Below, one piece after another: positions 8,041 to 17,727 of a stretch of DNA of 64,000 nucleotides (position 1 is its first letter; each line of letters starts with the position of its first letter). The notes beneath the pieces are model-generated. The model made no database searches. It was not told the DNA's origin and saw only the letters and a program-made list of their open reading frames with translations. Where the stretch lies: the IMG/VR virus record IMGVR_UViG_3300045988_147571, one strand, 5' to 3'. Source of the DNA: a virus. The position numbers were made by a program, and so were the translations under genes.

Positions 8041-9618
8041 ATGAAGAAAAAAGTATTGACATTAGATGATCTCTATTCTTTTTTTGAGCAGAAAAACCAA
8101 ACTACTGTTTTTAGTGCAAAAGAATCTGGATTCAATATTGCGGTTCAGGTTCCTGCAAAATTTGAATTAGAAGACTCTAATGAAGACGATGGTTTTTTAC
8201 GAACTAAATTCAAAGTAAATCATTTATATGAAAATAGAAATAAGTCTTATATATCTGAAGAAGCTCAGTTAGAAGCTTTACCGTCTTTACATTATAGACC
8301 AGTTCTGGCCGCTATTACCACTTTATCTGATGGAACTACAGATTTTACTTCTCATGCTATGGAATTTGATGAAGAAGGAAATGTTACATATATTGAACAA
8401 CCTATAGGTGTTTTTGTTAATCCTGAAGGGTATCATCTCGAATACGATGAAGAGCATGACAAAACTTATGTTATTGCTGATGCAGTAATTTATAACGATT
8501 ATTGTGCTCCTGCTTGTGAAATTATTCAGCGTAAACAAGGAACTAAAGTAAGCTGTGAATTAAGTATTTCAGAACTATCTTTTGATACTAAAGATAAGGT
8601 GCTTCATTTAGATAAATTCAGATACAATGGCGTAACTTGCTTAGGTACTGATCCTATTACCGAAAAGCCTGTTGAAGAAGGTATGGAAGGCGCCAGATTA
8701 GATATTGCTGATTTTAGTGAAGAGAAAAATAGTCTTTTTACTAATACAGAAGAAAAATTGTTAAAAGTTATTCAGTCTTTGCAAGACACTCTTGCTAAGT
8801 TTGAAGTTACAAGTCCAACGAAAGGAGGAAACGAACTGTTGAAACTCAATGAACTATTAGAAAAATATTCTAAAACTGTAGAAGACCTTGATTTTGATTA
8901 TGAGTCAATGTCTGATGAAGAGTTAGAAGCTAAGTTTGCAGAATTATTTGATGAACCTGAGGCAGACCCAGAACCAGAAGTTACTACTGAGCCAGATCCG
9001 GAGCCGGAAGATAATTCTGATTTTAGCAAGAAAAAATACACAAAAAAAGATAATGGTAATACAGAAGTTACTTTTGAAATTAGCCATGAAGATGTGAGAG
9101 GTGCATTATATTCTCTTCTGTCTACTTGGGAAGAAAATGATAATGAGTGGTATTACATTAATGCTACATATGATGATCATTTTGTTTATAGCAACTGGGA
9201 TGAAAGTAAAATCTTCCGTCAGGGCTATACAAAAGATGGTGATGCAGTATCTCTTTCAGATGAAAGAACTGAGTTATTTAAAGAATATCTTACTACTTCA
9301 GAAAAAGCTGAATTAGAAGAACTCAGAAGTAACTATGCCGCTCTCCAGACTAAAGTTAACGAATACGAATCAAAAGATAAAGAGGTTGTTCTTAGTGCTG
9401 AAATCTACAATGAACTGAAAGATAGAGAAGATTTTAAAGACCTGATTAAAAATCAGGCTGTTTACAGTGTAGAAGAAGTACAGACAAAAGCTGATGCTAT
9501 TTTAGGTAAATATGTTAAAGAAAAAGGCACTTTCAACTATCAGCAGAAACCTAGTGCTATAGGTTTTACTGAACCTAAGAGAGCTAAGAAACCATATGGA
9601 AGTTTATTTAAGGATTGA
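8041..9618 (+). CDS. scaffolding-like or head morphogenesis protein
   Basis: ATG 8041 lies 5 nt after GGAGG (the ORF track start at 8005 is less likely). Very acidic PE-rich linker (EPEADPEPEVTTEPDPEPED). Coiled-coil C-terminal half. Lies between the portal and capsid genes. Confidence 0.45.
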   Translation: MKKKVLTLDDLYSFFEQKNQTTVFSAKESGFNIAVQVPAKFELEDSNEDDGFLRTKFKVNHLYENRNKSYISEEAQLEALPSLHYRPVLAAITTLSDGTTDFTSHAMEFDEEGNVTYIEQPIGVFVNPEGYHLEYDEEHDKTYVIADAVIYNDYCAPACEIIQRKQGTKVSCELSISELSFDTKDKVLHLDKFRYNGVTCLGTDPITEKPVEEGMEGARLDIADFSEEKNSLFTNTEEKLLKVIQSLQDTLAKFEVTSPTKGGNELLKLNELLEKYSKTVEDLDFDYESMSDEELEAKFAELFDEPEADPEPEVTTEPDPEPEDNSDFSKKKYTKKDNGNTEVTFEISHEDVRGALYSLLSTWEENDNEWYYINATYDDHFVYSNWDESKIFRQGYTKDGDAVSLSDERTELFKEYLTTSEKAELEELRSNYAALQTKVNEYESKDKEVVLSAEIYNELKDREDFKDLIKNQAVYSVEEVQTKADAILGKYVKEKGTFNYQQKPSAIGFTEPKRAKKPYGSLFKD

Positions 9619-9640
9619 GCTATCAAATAGCTCTTTTTTA
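9617..9640 (+). terminator. Rho-independent terminator
   Basis: GAGCTAT-CAA-ATAGCTC hairpin followed by TTTTTT. Confidence 0.7.
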
Positions 9641-9672
9641 TTGCCTAAAAATATTTAAAGGAGGAAATAAAA

Positions 9673-10146
9673 ATGGCATCTAATTTTCAGAAATTTATGG
9701 CTACTGCTGAAAAACATGCTGTAGCTGGCAGTTCTAAACTGAAAGCTACTATTGCAGGACATATTTATAATATCCAGATTGAAGAAGATCTGGATAATGG
9801 ATCAATTGTTGCAAAAGGCGATTATATCAAACCGGAGACTTATAAAGCAAAAGATTCTACTGGTTTTAAAGGTAAAGTGCTTGATAAAGCAGCTAATGGT
9901 AATTGGTATGTAGAAGTTGAAGAAGCTGGAGACGCTCTCCTGGTTCTGCAGGTACCGATGCTGTATGAGGAATACACTACTGCTCTTAAACACGAAAGTA
10001 ATTTCTACAATGCAAATGGAGATATTGTTCGTGCTTATGAACTGTATGCAGGTGACGTATTCGAAGTATCAGCTGAAGGATTCTCTGGAACACCTGCTAA
10101 AGAATCTGCTGTAACTGTAACAGGCAAAAAGCTGACAATTGGTTAA
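9673..10146 (+). CDS. hypothetical head protein (decoration or scaffold candidate)
   Basis: 157 aa. Strong RBS AAAGGAGGAA. Lies immediately upstream of the capsid gene. Confidence 0.35.
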   Translation: MASNFQKFMATAEKHAVAGSSKLKATIAGHIYNIQIEEDLDNGSIVAKGDYIKPETYKAKDSTGFKGKVLDKAANGNWYVEVEEAGDALLVLQVPMLYEEYTTALKHESNFYNANGDIVRAYELYAGDVFEVSAEGFSGTPAKESAVTVTGKKLTIG

Positions 10147-10164
10147 TGGAAGGAGGAATACATA

Positions 10165-10625
10165 ATGAAACTTAATTTTTCTAGTAATGAAGTAAGAAAC
10201 ATTTTTGCAGAAAATGATTATGCAGAGTACTCCCAGCTTATGTTTGACACAGCTATGGGAGAAGAAAAAGTATCTACAAAAGATGCTAATGACAAGATCA
10301 GAGAGATCATGTTCTCCGTACTTGGTGTAGATGAAAATTGCACTAAGAAAGAGCTTAGAAAAGCTATTCGTAGACATAAAATTGATGTATTTGAAATCAT
10401 CGAGGAAACAGTAGAGAATCTGCTTGTTTCTGGTTGGGGAGAAAACCCATTCTTCAATGAATTCGTAGAGATTAAATCTATGGCTGATGGTGATACTAAT
10501 GAGTTCTATGTACCGGATGAAGTTATTCTGACAGTGTCTGAACTTGCGGGCAATCACCATGATCTGATCAGACAGCGCCTGGCAGAAGGACAGACATTCT
10601 CTGTTAAAACTTCTTGGTATGGGAT
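10165..10625 (+). CDS. major capsid protein, exon 1
   Basis: Strong RBS GGAAGGAGGAA. The reading frame continues seamlessly in exon 2 after intron removal (...KTSWYG-I-KIYAEYELFMAGRIDW...). Unspliced, the ORF stops at 10635. The capsid call rests on position, expression signals and a downstream terminator. Confidence 0.65.
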
Positions 10626-11866
10626 TAACTTTTAGTCCCCTTAACATTGTGAAATGTTTTGAAATAAATAACGCATTGAATTGCTGGAAAACCTTAAAGC
10701 TAGTTAAACTACAACGTAATCTAAAAAGATAAGCGTGAATGTAACGAAAGTAGAAAAAATTAACTAGATGATACATGGTTCAATCCTAAATATCATGAGT
10801 AATTAGACACCTGTTTATAGGTGTTTTTTATTATGCTCAAAAATAGGCAATCAGCAGCTAAGACTTTTTAAAATGAGTAAAGTTCAACGACTATCTGGAG
10901 ACAGAGTACATATACAAGTGTTTGGTATATGGAAGTGGTGCGCACCCTCGATGGGTGAAGATATAGTCTAATCTTTAGCGAAAGTTAAAGGGCTTTAAGC
11001 CAACACGGAGTAGCGTCCGATTAATATCATTTTTCAAAATAATTATATAAGGAACTATGAATGCAAGAAAAATTATGTGGTATTTATTGTATAAAAAATA
11101 CTTTAAATAACAAAAAATATATTGGTATGTCAAGAGATATAAAACGAAGATGGTCCGAGCATAGAACAGAATTAAATAGCCACACTCATGTTAATCAATA
11201 TTTACAATCTGCATGGGATAAGTATGGTAAATCAAATTTTAAGTTCTATGTTATTGAGTTATGTGAAGAAGAAAAACTTAGTGAACGTGAATGTTATTAC
11301 ATACAATTATATAAATCTTTATCTCATGAAAATGGATACAATTTAACAACTGGTGGTGAAAATACATCTATTGGTAAATCTGTTATATATTTGAAAGATG
11401 GAACGATTTATAACTATGTAAACGAAGCTGCTCAAGAAGCTAATGTTCAGTCCGTAACTATGATTAGTTGGTGCCGCAAGAAACATAACTATATGTATTT
11501 AGATGAATATAACACTCTTTCTAAAACAGAAAAAGAATACTGGAAAAATTTTAATTGGGAAGAATTTGACCATCAAAAATTAAGTCAAGCACATTCTCGT
11601 GAAAATCTCTCAAGGGTCACAATAAACAAATTAAGTCAAGCTACATCTGGAGATAATAATCCAAGAGCACTTAAAGTTTATTGCCCACAGCTAGATGAAA
11701 CATTTGATTGTATAAAATATGCCTCTGACAAATATGGAGTTAATAGAAGTAGCATATCTTCGTGTCTTAAAGGAAGACTTAAAAGTGCCGGTAAGCATCC
11801 CGTTACCGGAGAAAAACTAACATGGGAAACAGTTGAAAAATGATATTGAATTGTTAAATATAAATG
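10626..11866 (+). mobile_element. group I intron in the capsid gene, carrying a GIY-YIG HEG
   Basis: P1: exon GGGAU (10621-10625) pairs with GUCCC (10635-10639), with a U-G wobble at the splice site. P10: UUUUA (10630-10634) pairs with exon 2 UAAAA (11867-11871). Omega-G at 11866. J8/7-P7 is GAAGAUAUAGUC (10957-10968), with the P7 partner GACUAU at 10889-10894. Confidence 0.85.
11061..11843 (+). CDS. intron-encoded GIY-YIG homing endonuclease
   Basis: MQEKLCGIYCIKNTLNNKKYIGMSRDIKRRWSEHR. C-terminal SSISSCLKGRLKSAG DNA-binding motif. Lies in the 3' (P9-side) part of the intron and ends 23 nt before the 3' splice site. Confidence 0.85.
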   Translation: MQEKLCGIYCIKNTLNNKKYIGMSRDIKRRWSEHRTELNSHTHVNQYLQSAWDKYGKSNFKFYVIELCEEEKLSERECYYIQLYKSLSHENGYNLTTGGENTSIGKSVIYLKDGTIYNYVNEAAQEANVQSVTMISWCRKKHNYMYLDEYNTLSKTEKEYWKNFNWEEFDHQKLSQAHSRENLSRVTINKLSQATSGDNNPRALKVYCPQLDETFDCIKYASDKYGVNRSSISSCLKGRLKSAGKHPVTGEKLTWETVEK

Positions 11867-12485
11867 TAAAATTTACGCAGAATATGAGCTGTTTATGGCA
11901 GGTCGTATTGACTGGGCTGGATTTGTACAGAAAATCTATGAAGCCTTTGATAAGAAAATCAACGATATGGTATATGCAGCTGTAATGGCAGCAGGTGAGA
12001 AGGTTCTCCCGTCTACACAGTTTAATAAGACAGGTACACTTTCATCAACAACAAAAGATGAGTTTATGACTCTGATTGAAGATGTACAGATGGCTACAGG
12101 TGATGAAGTAGTTGTTATGGGTACCAAATCTGCTCTTGCAAAACTTTCTGCTATGGAAGATATCACTTGGGTATCTAATGAGATGAAAAACGAAAGACAT
12201 ACTACAGGTCGTTTAGGTCTGTTTGAAGGTATTCGTCTTGTTGAAATTCCTCAGAGATTTGCAAATAATGATACAACTACTAAGTTAGTAGATAATACTA
12301 AGCTTTTGATTATGCCAGTAGCTGATAATAAATTTATCAAGATCTACAATGAAGGCGACGCTCAGATTAAAGAAGTATCTGATGGAAATACAAATATGGA
12401 TAAAACTATTGAGTATGAATATCAGCTTAAAATGGGTGTAGCTACAATTATTGGTAAACGATTTGGAGTTTGGACACTCAAATAA
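11867..12485 (+). CDS. major capsid protein, exon 2
   Basis: In frame with exon 1 (461 + 619 nt = 360 codons including the stop, 359 aa). The frame is open upstream of the ORF-track ATG (11895) back to 11850. Confidence 0.65.
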
Positions 12486-12495
12486 AAAACTACTT

Positions 12496-12521
12496 AAAGA
12501 GGTGGGGGCTTCCACCTCTTT
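12496..12521 (+). terminator. strong hairpin or terminator after the capsid gene
   Basis: AAAGAGGTGG-GGGCTT-CCACCTCTTT, a 10-bp stem. The U tract is short. Confidence 0.6.
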
Positions 12522-12545
12522 AATTGATTAAAAAGGAGTAATAAT

Positions 12546-13085
12546 ATGGCAACAACAAGAAGAGCTGCAACAAAAACTGTTGCTACTACTGAAAATACTG
12601 CAAAGGAAACAGCTCCTGTAAAGACTACTAAAAAGTTTGAACAGAACGAACTTATTGAGTGCCGTTCTTTGGTACAGGGAACATTGTTTATGCCTGGTAA
12701 ACAGAGTGATATTTTATATCGTTGGGACGGTTATGGAGATATCCGTGAAGTAGAATACAGAGATTTATATTCTCTTAAATCTAGTCGGTCACCATATATT
12801 TATGATCCATGTTTCCAAATTGAAAATGATGAATTATTAGAAGATCCTAGATGGAAAGATGTAAAAGATCTCTATGATAATCTTTATGATACTTCTGATA
12901 TTAATCAATTTCTTGCTCTCTCACCAGCTCAGTTTAAGAAAGCACTTGCTGAAGTTCCTAAGGGACTTAAGACAGCAATTAAAATTGAGGTGGCAACCAG
13001 ACTGGATAATGGTACATTTGATTCTATTCAGAAAGTACGTGCTGTAGATGAGATTTGTGGTACAGAGTTAGAAAAAATGATTTAG
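12546..13085 (+). CDS. hypothetical protein (head module)
   Basis: 179 aa, RBS AAAGGAG. No recognisable motif. Confidence 0.4.
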   Translation: MATTRRAATKTVATTENTAKETAPVKTTKKFEQNELIECRSLVQGTLFMPGKQSDILYRWDGYGDIREVEYRDLYSLKSSRSPYIYDPCFQIENDELLEDPRWKDVKDLYDNLYDTSDINQFLALSPAQFKKALAEVPKGLKTAIKIEVATRLDNGTFDSIQKVRAVDEICGTELEKMI

Positions 13086-13095
13086 GAGGTATCAT

Positions 13096-13545
13096 ATGAC
13101 CTCTTATGAAACAGTATTTAAACGATTTGAAAATAAAGTCGAAGACATAAAAGTATTGAAATTAGCATCTGATGACTGGACTGAATTGTGCTTAGAATGG
13201 CTAAATAGTGCTATTGCAATGATTGAGTTGGACAAGTTAAAAATAGAGCATGATTTAACTAAAAAGAATGATGTTTTGTTTGAGTTCGAGGAAACTCTTA
13301 CCAATGGAGAAATTGAAGTAATTGCTCTGTATATGGTCGTTGCATGGTATGACATTCGTTTGAACTCTTTAGAACATACTAACATGTTTTATGGTTCAAA
13401 GGATGAAAAATGGACCAGCCAAAAGGAACATGCTAATTATATTATGAGTATTCAAAAGAAATATAAAAAGGAAGCCAGAAAATATTTTAGGAATCACTCT
13501 TCCAGAAGTAATTCTTATCTGGATGGTGAACAAAATGAAATATAA
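13096..13545 (+). CDS. hypothetical protein (head-tail connector candidate)
   Basis: 149 aa, RBS AGGAGG. Function inferred from position only. Confidence 0.35.
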   Translation: MTSYETVFKRFENKVEDIKVLKLASDDWTELCLEWLNSAIAMIELDKLKIEHDLTKKNDVLFEFEETLTNGEIEVIALYMVVAWYDIRLNSLEHTNMFYGSKDEKWTSQKEHANYIMSIQKKYKKEARKYFRNHSSRSNSYLDGEQNEI

Positions 13546-13849
13546 ATATGGGACTTTTAATGACAATCAGTTTTCTGATTATATAAAAATACTACATAAT
13601 AAAATTCATTGGCTTTTAATATATCAAGAAAATGGCTATCCAAAATTAAGTATCTATTTTAATAGTTTACAATTATACATTGCAGGATTGGCTGAATTGA
13701 TTTCATCTCCTTATATAATTGATTTAGCAAACACTATAGAATGTGCAAAAATAGAATTTGAAAGTAATGATTTTAATCATGACAAATACAGAAAATTAAT
13801 ATTTGATGCACATACTATTATAGATAAGATAGGTGATAATCATGAGTGA
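13523..13849 (+). CDS. hypothetical protein (head-tail joining module)
   Basis: An alternative start ATG 13535 follows GGTGA. Overlaps its neighbours, typical of a coupled late operon. Confidence 0.35.
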   Translation: MVNKMKYKYGTFNDNQFSDYIKILHNKIHWLLIYQENGYPKLSIYFNSLQLYIAGLAELISSPYIIDLANTIECAKIEFESNDFNHDKYRKLIFDAHTIIDKIGDNHE

Positions 13850-14900
13850 TATCTTTAAAAAAAGAATGGCCTTATGCGGTAATACAGTATCTGATAGTAT
13901 TCGTATTCAATCAGATGAAATCATGCAAAAGACATTCACAAATGATCTAGGATATAGACAATGTAAGCTATATTCTAGGACGATGGAATACTTAGAAGAT
14001 GTCGAAATTAAATATCAGTATTCTCAAGTCTACACAATCAATAAAGACCAGGTTGAGTATCTGGCTCAATTCAGACCTGGCTATTTTCCTGAAAAAAAAT
14101 ATATGGAACCTGATGGAATTGAACGTTTTGGTTTTTATATAGAAATACCTGATAAGAATACAGGTGTACATGAAATGTGGTTAATCTTAGGAAAGAATGA
14201 TAAGAACTCTTTTATAAGATATAACATTCTTAAATGTAATTGGATGTTTAAATGGGTAAAAAATAAACAGATTTATAGTTGTCTCGGTATAATAAGAAAC
14301 CGCAATAACTACAACAGTGGCGTATGGAGTGATGGATTCTTTACGTCCGTAGATAATCAATCACAGTTTATTATTCCTACTACCCCAATTACAGAAACAA
14401 TTGATTATAATGATCGTTTTATGCTAAGTGACTCTATGATTAGACCTTTAGTTTTTGAAGTATCAAAACTAGAAGATACTTTCCCATGTGGAGTAACTAA
14501 AGTAACGCTTAAACAGGATCATTTCAATAAAGTTACAGATAATGTTGAATTAAAAATATGTGACTATTATGACTCTCCGGTTATTCCTCAAGAGCCAGAA
14601 ATAGAGGACATTGTTTTATCATGTTCAGGTACTAATAGAGCTTTACGTGTTGGAGGCTCTAAAAGAACTATTTCAGTTGCGAGTGATATTAAAGATAAAT
14701 CTGTCATTTGGTCTTATGAGTTCAATGGAAACAAATTATCTGTAGAAGAATTATCTAATGACTTTGAAATCTCTGAAGGTAAGAATACGTTAAGTATCAA
14801 AGCTTTGTTAAATTATAATAATTTAGGAAAAGTAATAAAGATTATTGCTACTCTTCCAAATAAGCAACCATCTTCTATTGAATTGGAGGTGATGCGATGA
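13842..14900 (+). CDS. hypothetical structural protein
   Basis: ATG 13842 lies 5 nt after AGGTGA. Overlaps the upstream stop. Confidence 0.4.
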   Translation: MSDIFKKRMALCGNTVSDSIRIQSDEIMQKTFTNDLGYRQCKLYSRTMEYLEDVEIKYQYSQVYTINKDQVEYLAQFRPGYFPEKKYMEPDGIERFGFYIEIPDKNTGVHEMWLILGKNDKNSFIRYNILKCNWMFKWVKNKQIYSCLGIIRNRNNYNSGVWSDGFFTSVDNQSQFIIPTTPITETIDYNDRFMLSDSMIRPLVFEVSKLEDTFPCGVTKVTLKQDHFNKVTDNVELKICDYYDSPVIPQEPEIEDIVLSCSGTNRALRVGGSKRTISVASDIKDKSVIWSYEFNGNKLSVEELSNDFEISEGKNTLSIKALLNYNNLGKVIKIIATLPNKQPSSIELEVMR

Positions 14901-15463
14901 ATCAAGAGCGTATTGATAGATTATTTTCTTGTAGAAATGAACAGGGATTTGACAGTATTTCTTATGATAAGAGAAAAATCTTAGAAGATTTATACAAAGA
15001 TTCAGATATTATTGAAATCTTAAATAATAAAGAACTTCAAGCAGTTAATGCGTGTCCGGAAGATTATTATAATGTAAATATTTATTCTTTTTTAAAGATT
15101 CCAGATGCACAAAGTAAAGTCAAAAACTTTATTTGCTTTGAAGTAAATGACACTGAAATTGTATACTCAAATAATATTATGGTTTCTAAACAAATTATTT
15201 TTAGAACTATAGCTCACCAGGATGATGTCAGTACTATTTGGGGTATTGATCGACAGGATTTACTAGCAGCTTTAGTTAAAGAAAGATTTCAATGGTCAAA
15301 CATATTAGGTACGCAGTTAATAAAAACATATGATTCTGGCAAAGTGGCTGAAAATGGTTATTACTATAGGAATATGTATTTTGAACAGACTGCTCCGAAT
15401 GATATTCAAAATAGGCTTAAGAGTAATCGCTTAGATAAGTTAGGTCGTGATTATTATGGATAA
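14897..15463 (+). CDS. hypothetical protein (head-tail joining module)
   Basis: ATGA start/stop overlap with the upstream gene. Confidence 0.35.
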   Translation: MNQERIDRLFSCRNEQGFDSISYDKRKILEDLYKDSDIIEILNNKELQAVNACPEDYYNVNIYSFLKIPDAQSKVKNFICFEVNDTEIVYSNNIMVSKQIIFRTIAHQDDVSTIWGIDRQDLLAALVKERFQWSNILGTQLIKTYDSGKVAENGYYYRNMYFEQTAPNDIQNRLKSNRLDKLGRDYYG

Positions 15464-16247
15464 ACTTCTCATTTATTTAGGTGAGAATCTTAAAATTAAT
15501 GATCAGATTACTATTTATCAACCTTCTATTCTTGATATAGCTAAATATGGAGAAAATCATTATTTTAATGTAGTTTATAAAATATGTTCTATACCTTCTG
15601 ATTATAAGTCTGAATTGTGGGATCTTGGTTATAACTATAGTAAGTTGGATGATTTTGATTTATTCATACTTCTTACTCGTGATATAGGTGTTGAAGATAC
15701 CTGTCTTCTTTTAGGTGATACTATTTCATTGAAAGATATGACACCTTTAGTCGATCCGGAAACTCATAATATAATGCTTTATGATGAAAATACTGAATTA
15801 ATAATTACTCGTGATATATACATAGAAATGATATCTTTCATTCGTGAAATGCACAATATTCATCCTAAGCGTGAACGAGCTGCAAACAAAGAAACCTTAC
15901 AGCTATTAGTAGATGAAGATAGAAGAAAAAAAATTCAAAGAGTAAAAGAAACTTCTCAAGAACCCTCTCCGGGTTCTTTTTTATTGCCTTTAATTTCATC
16001 TATGGTAAATAGTCCTGGTTTTAAATATGACATTAACAGTCTTAAAAGTCTTGGAATCTATGCATTTTTAGATTCTGTTCAAAGGATTCAGGCCATTAAT
16101 ACTGCTGCATCCATCTCTGCAGGAATGTACAGCGGAATGGTTGATATGTCTAAGAATCCAAATCTACTTAAACAATTAAATTGGTTGCGTGACTTATCTA
16201 ATGAGTACTCCTCTTCGAGCAATGTACGAGTCACTAAAACCGAATAA
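15456..16247 (+). CDS. hypothetical protein (tail completion candidate)
   Basis: Overlaps the upstream gene. The ORF-track GTG 15447 is an alternative start. Confidence 0.3.
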   Translation: MDKLLIYLGENLKINDQITIYQPSILDIAKYGENHYFNVVYKICSIPSDYKSELWDLGYNYSKLDDFDLFILLTRDIGVEDTCLLLGDTISLKDMTPLVDPETHNIMLYDENTELIITRDIYIEMISFIREMHNIHPKRERAANKETLQLLVDEDRRKKIQRVKETSQEPSPGSFLLPLISSMVNSPGFKYDINSLKSLGIYAFLDSVQRIQAINTAASISAGMYSGMVDMSKNPNLLKQLNWLRDLSNEYSSSSNVRVTKTE

Positions 16248-16268
16248 TAAATCAAGGAGGAAAATATT

Positions 16269-17069
16269 ATGGCAAATTTTGATTCTCTGGTTATTGATAG
16301 AGTCTTAGAAATTGTTGGTGAAAATAGCGATGGAGAATTACTCTATCTGTTAAACAATTTATCTAATGTTTCTATTAATACAACTTCTGAAAGTAAAGAT
16401 AAAACAGACGCTCTTGGCGTATTAATTAAGAGATTTTATACTTCCAAATCTGTAGAAGTATCTGCTGATTGTAACTTACTTTCATTCTCTATGCTGTCTC
16501 AGACTTTTGGTACAGATAAGATTGTTGCTTCAAAAGAATCTAAGATTCTTGCACCAAAAATCTTACATATTGATACTACAGGTATTAAAGAGTATACAAT
16601 TCCTGAGAAGCTGAAACCGAAAGCTCCACTTACAAAGCTTTATGCTCTGGAAGCAAATGGTACTTTAGGAAAAGCATATAGCGCTTCTTCTACTGCTGCT
16701 CCATCTGCAACTGAATTTGTATATGCTGAAGACAGTGGAAAAATCACTCTTCCAACTGGAGTAACAGGTACTCTTATTGCTAAATACGAGTATGAAACAG
16801 AAAATGGTGTTAAGGTTACTAATGAGTCTGATAAGTTCCCAACAACCTCTTCTCTGACAATGAAAGTTCTTGTTGCAGATACTTGTTCTGTAGATACTGT
16901 ACGTGCAGCTTATATTGTATTCCCAAGTTTCCAGGTATCTCCAGATTGCGACTTAACACTGGAAACAGATAGTACAATTTCTTTCTCAGGTGTAGCTCAG
17001 AAAGATTATTGCCAGACTGGTGCTCCACTGTATTACATTGTAATGACAGAGGATGATGTAGAGGAATAA
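16269..17069 (+). CDS. major tail (tube) protein, putative
   Basis: Strong RBS AAGGAGGAAA, a strong terminator downstream, 266 aa, located upstream of the chaperone-like/TMP block. Confidence 0.55.
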   Translation: MANFDSLVIDRVLEIVGENSDGELLYLLNNLSNVSINTTSESKDKTDALGVLIKRFYTSKSVEVSADCNLLSFSMLSQTFGTDKIVASKESKILAPKILHIDTTGIKEYTIPEKLKPKAPLTKLYALEANGTLGKAYSASSTAAPSATEFVYAEDSGKITLPTGVTGTLIAKYEYETENGVKVTNESDKFPTTSSLTMKVLVADTCSVDTVRAAYIVFPSFQVSPDCDLTLETDSTISFSGVAQKDYCQTGAPLYYIVMTEDDVEE

Positions 17070-17082
17070 TCCTTGAATTGTT

Positions 17083-17110
17083 ATACCCCGGATTCGTCCG
17101 GGGTATTTTT
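17083..17110 (+). terminator. Rho-independent terminator
   Basis: ATACCCCGGA-TTCG-TCCGGGGTAT hairpin followed by TTTT. Confidence 0.8.
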
Positions 17111-17130
17111 AAGAAAAGGAGGAATACTCA

Positions 17131-17448
17131 ATGAAATCAAAACCAAGAATTTGTGTAACTTGCGGCACTACTTATGAGTATTGTCCTAAGTGTTCAAAAG
17201 ATGCTGATAAACCTGTTTGGATGGTAGCTTTTCATACAGAAGAATGCAGAAAAACATACAATGTTATTGCAAAGTATAACACTGCCGACATATCCAAAGA
17301 GGAAGCAAAAAAAGAATTAATTGGTATTGTTTCTCATAATGTAAAATTTACTGCTCCTATTCAGGAAAAGGTTGATGAAATTATGAAAGAAGAAACAATG
17401 CAAGAGAAACCTACCGTAAAACGTAGAAAAATAGTGACGGAAAATTAA
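17131..17448 (+). CDS. hypothetical zinc-ribbon protein
   Basis: CVTCG...CPKC motif, basic C-terminus, RBS AAAGGAGGAA. Confidence 0.4.
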   Translation: MKSKPRICVTCGTTYEYCPKCSKDADKPVWMVAFHTEECRKTYNVIAKYNTADISKEEAKKELIGIVSHNVKFTAPIQEKVDEIMKEETMQEKPTVKRRKIVTEN

Positions 17449-17460
17449 ATACTTTATTAA

Positions 17461-17503
17461 GGGGAAAGCCGCACTATTTTTGCAGTTTCCCCTTATTTTT
17501 TTG
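17461..17503 (+). terminator. probable terminator
   Basis: GGGGAAA...TTTCCCC stem followed by TTATTTTTTT. Confidence 0.55.
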
Positions 17504-17513
17504 GAGGAATTAA

Positions 17514-17723
17514 ATGGAGATTGTAATACCTAACTTAAAAGGAGTTCCTTATGATCCTGTTCAAGCCGTAAGAATTATTGATCCACATCAACAGAAACTC
17601 TATCTCAAGCATGGGGTAAAACCATTAGATGTTTATTATAGTCCAGATGTGATCGTAATGGTGTTTGATAAGAAAGAAAGTTATCCGTATTACAAAGAAT
17701 ATCAAAATCATACTTTGGAGTGA
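17514..17723 (+). CDS. hypothetical protein (69 aa)
   Basis: RBS GGAGGAA. Confidence 0.4.
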   Translation: MEIVIPNLKGVPYDPVQAVRIIDPHQQKLYLKHGVKPLDVYYSPDVIVMVFDKKESYPYYKEYQNHTLE

Positions 17724-17727
17724 TAAC

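Noticed and set aside
10069-10776. 235-aa minus-strand ORF overlapping the capsid exon 1 region.
   Set aside because: It is antisense to two well-supported, strongly expressed plus-strand genes and to the intron 5' end. It has no RBS and a low-complexity hydrophobic translation.
10807-10829. Terminator-like hairpin ACACCT-GTTTAT-AGGTGT followed by TTTTT, inside the capsid intron.
   Set aside because: A functional terminator here would abolish capsid exon 2 expression. The stem is only 6 bp and lies where peripheral intron helices are expected. It is more likely part of the intron fold.
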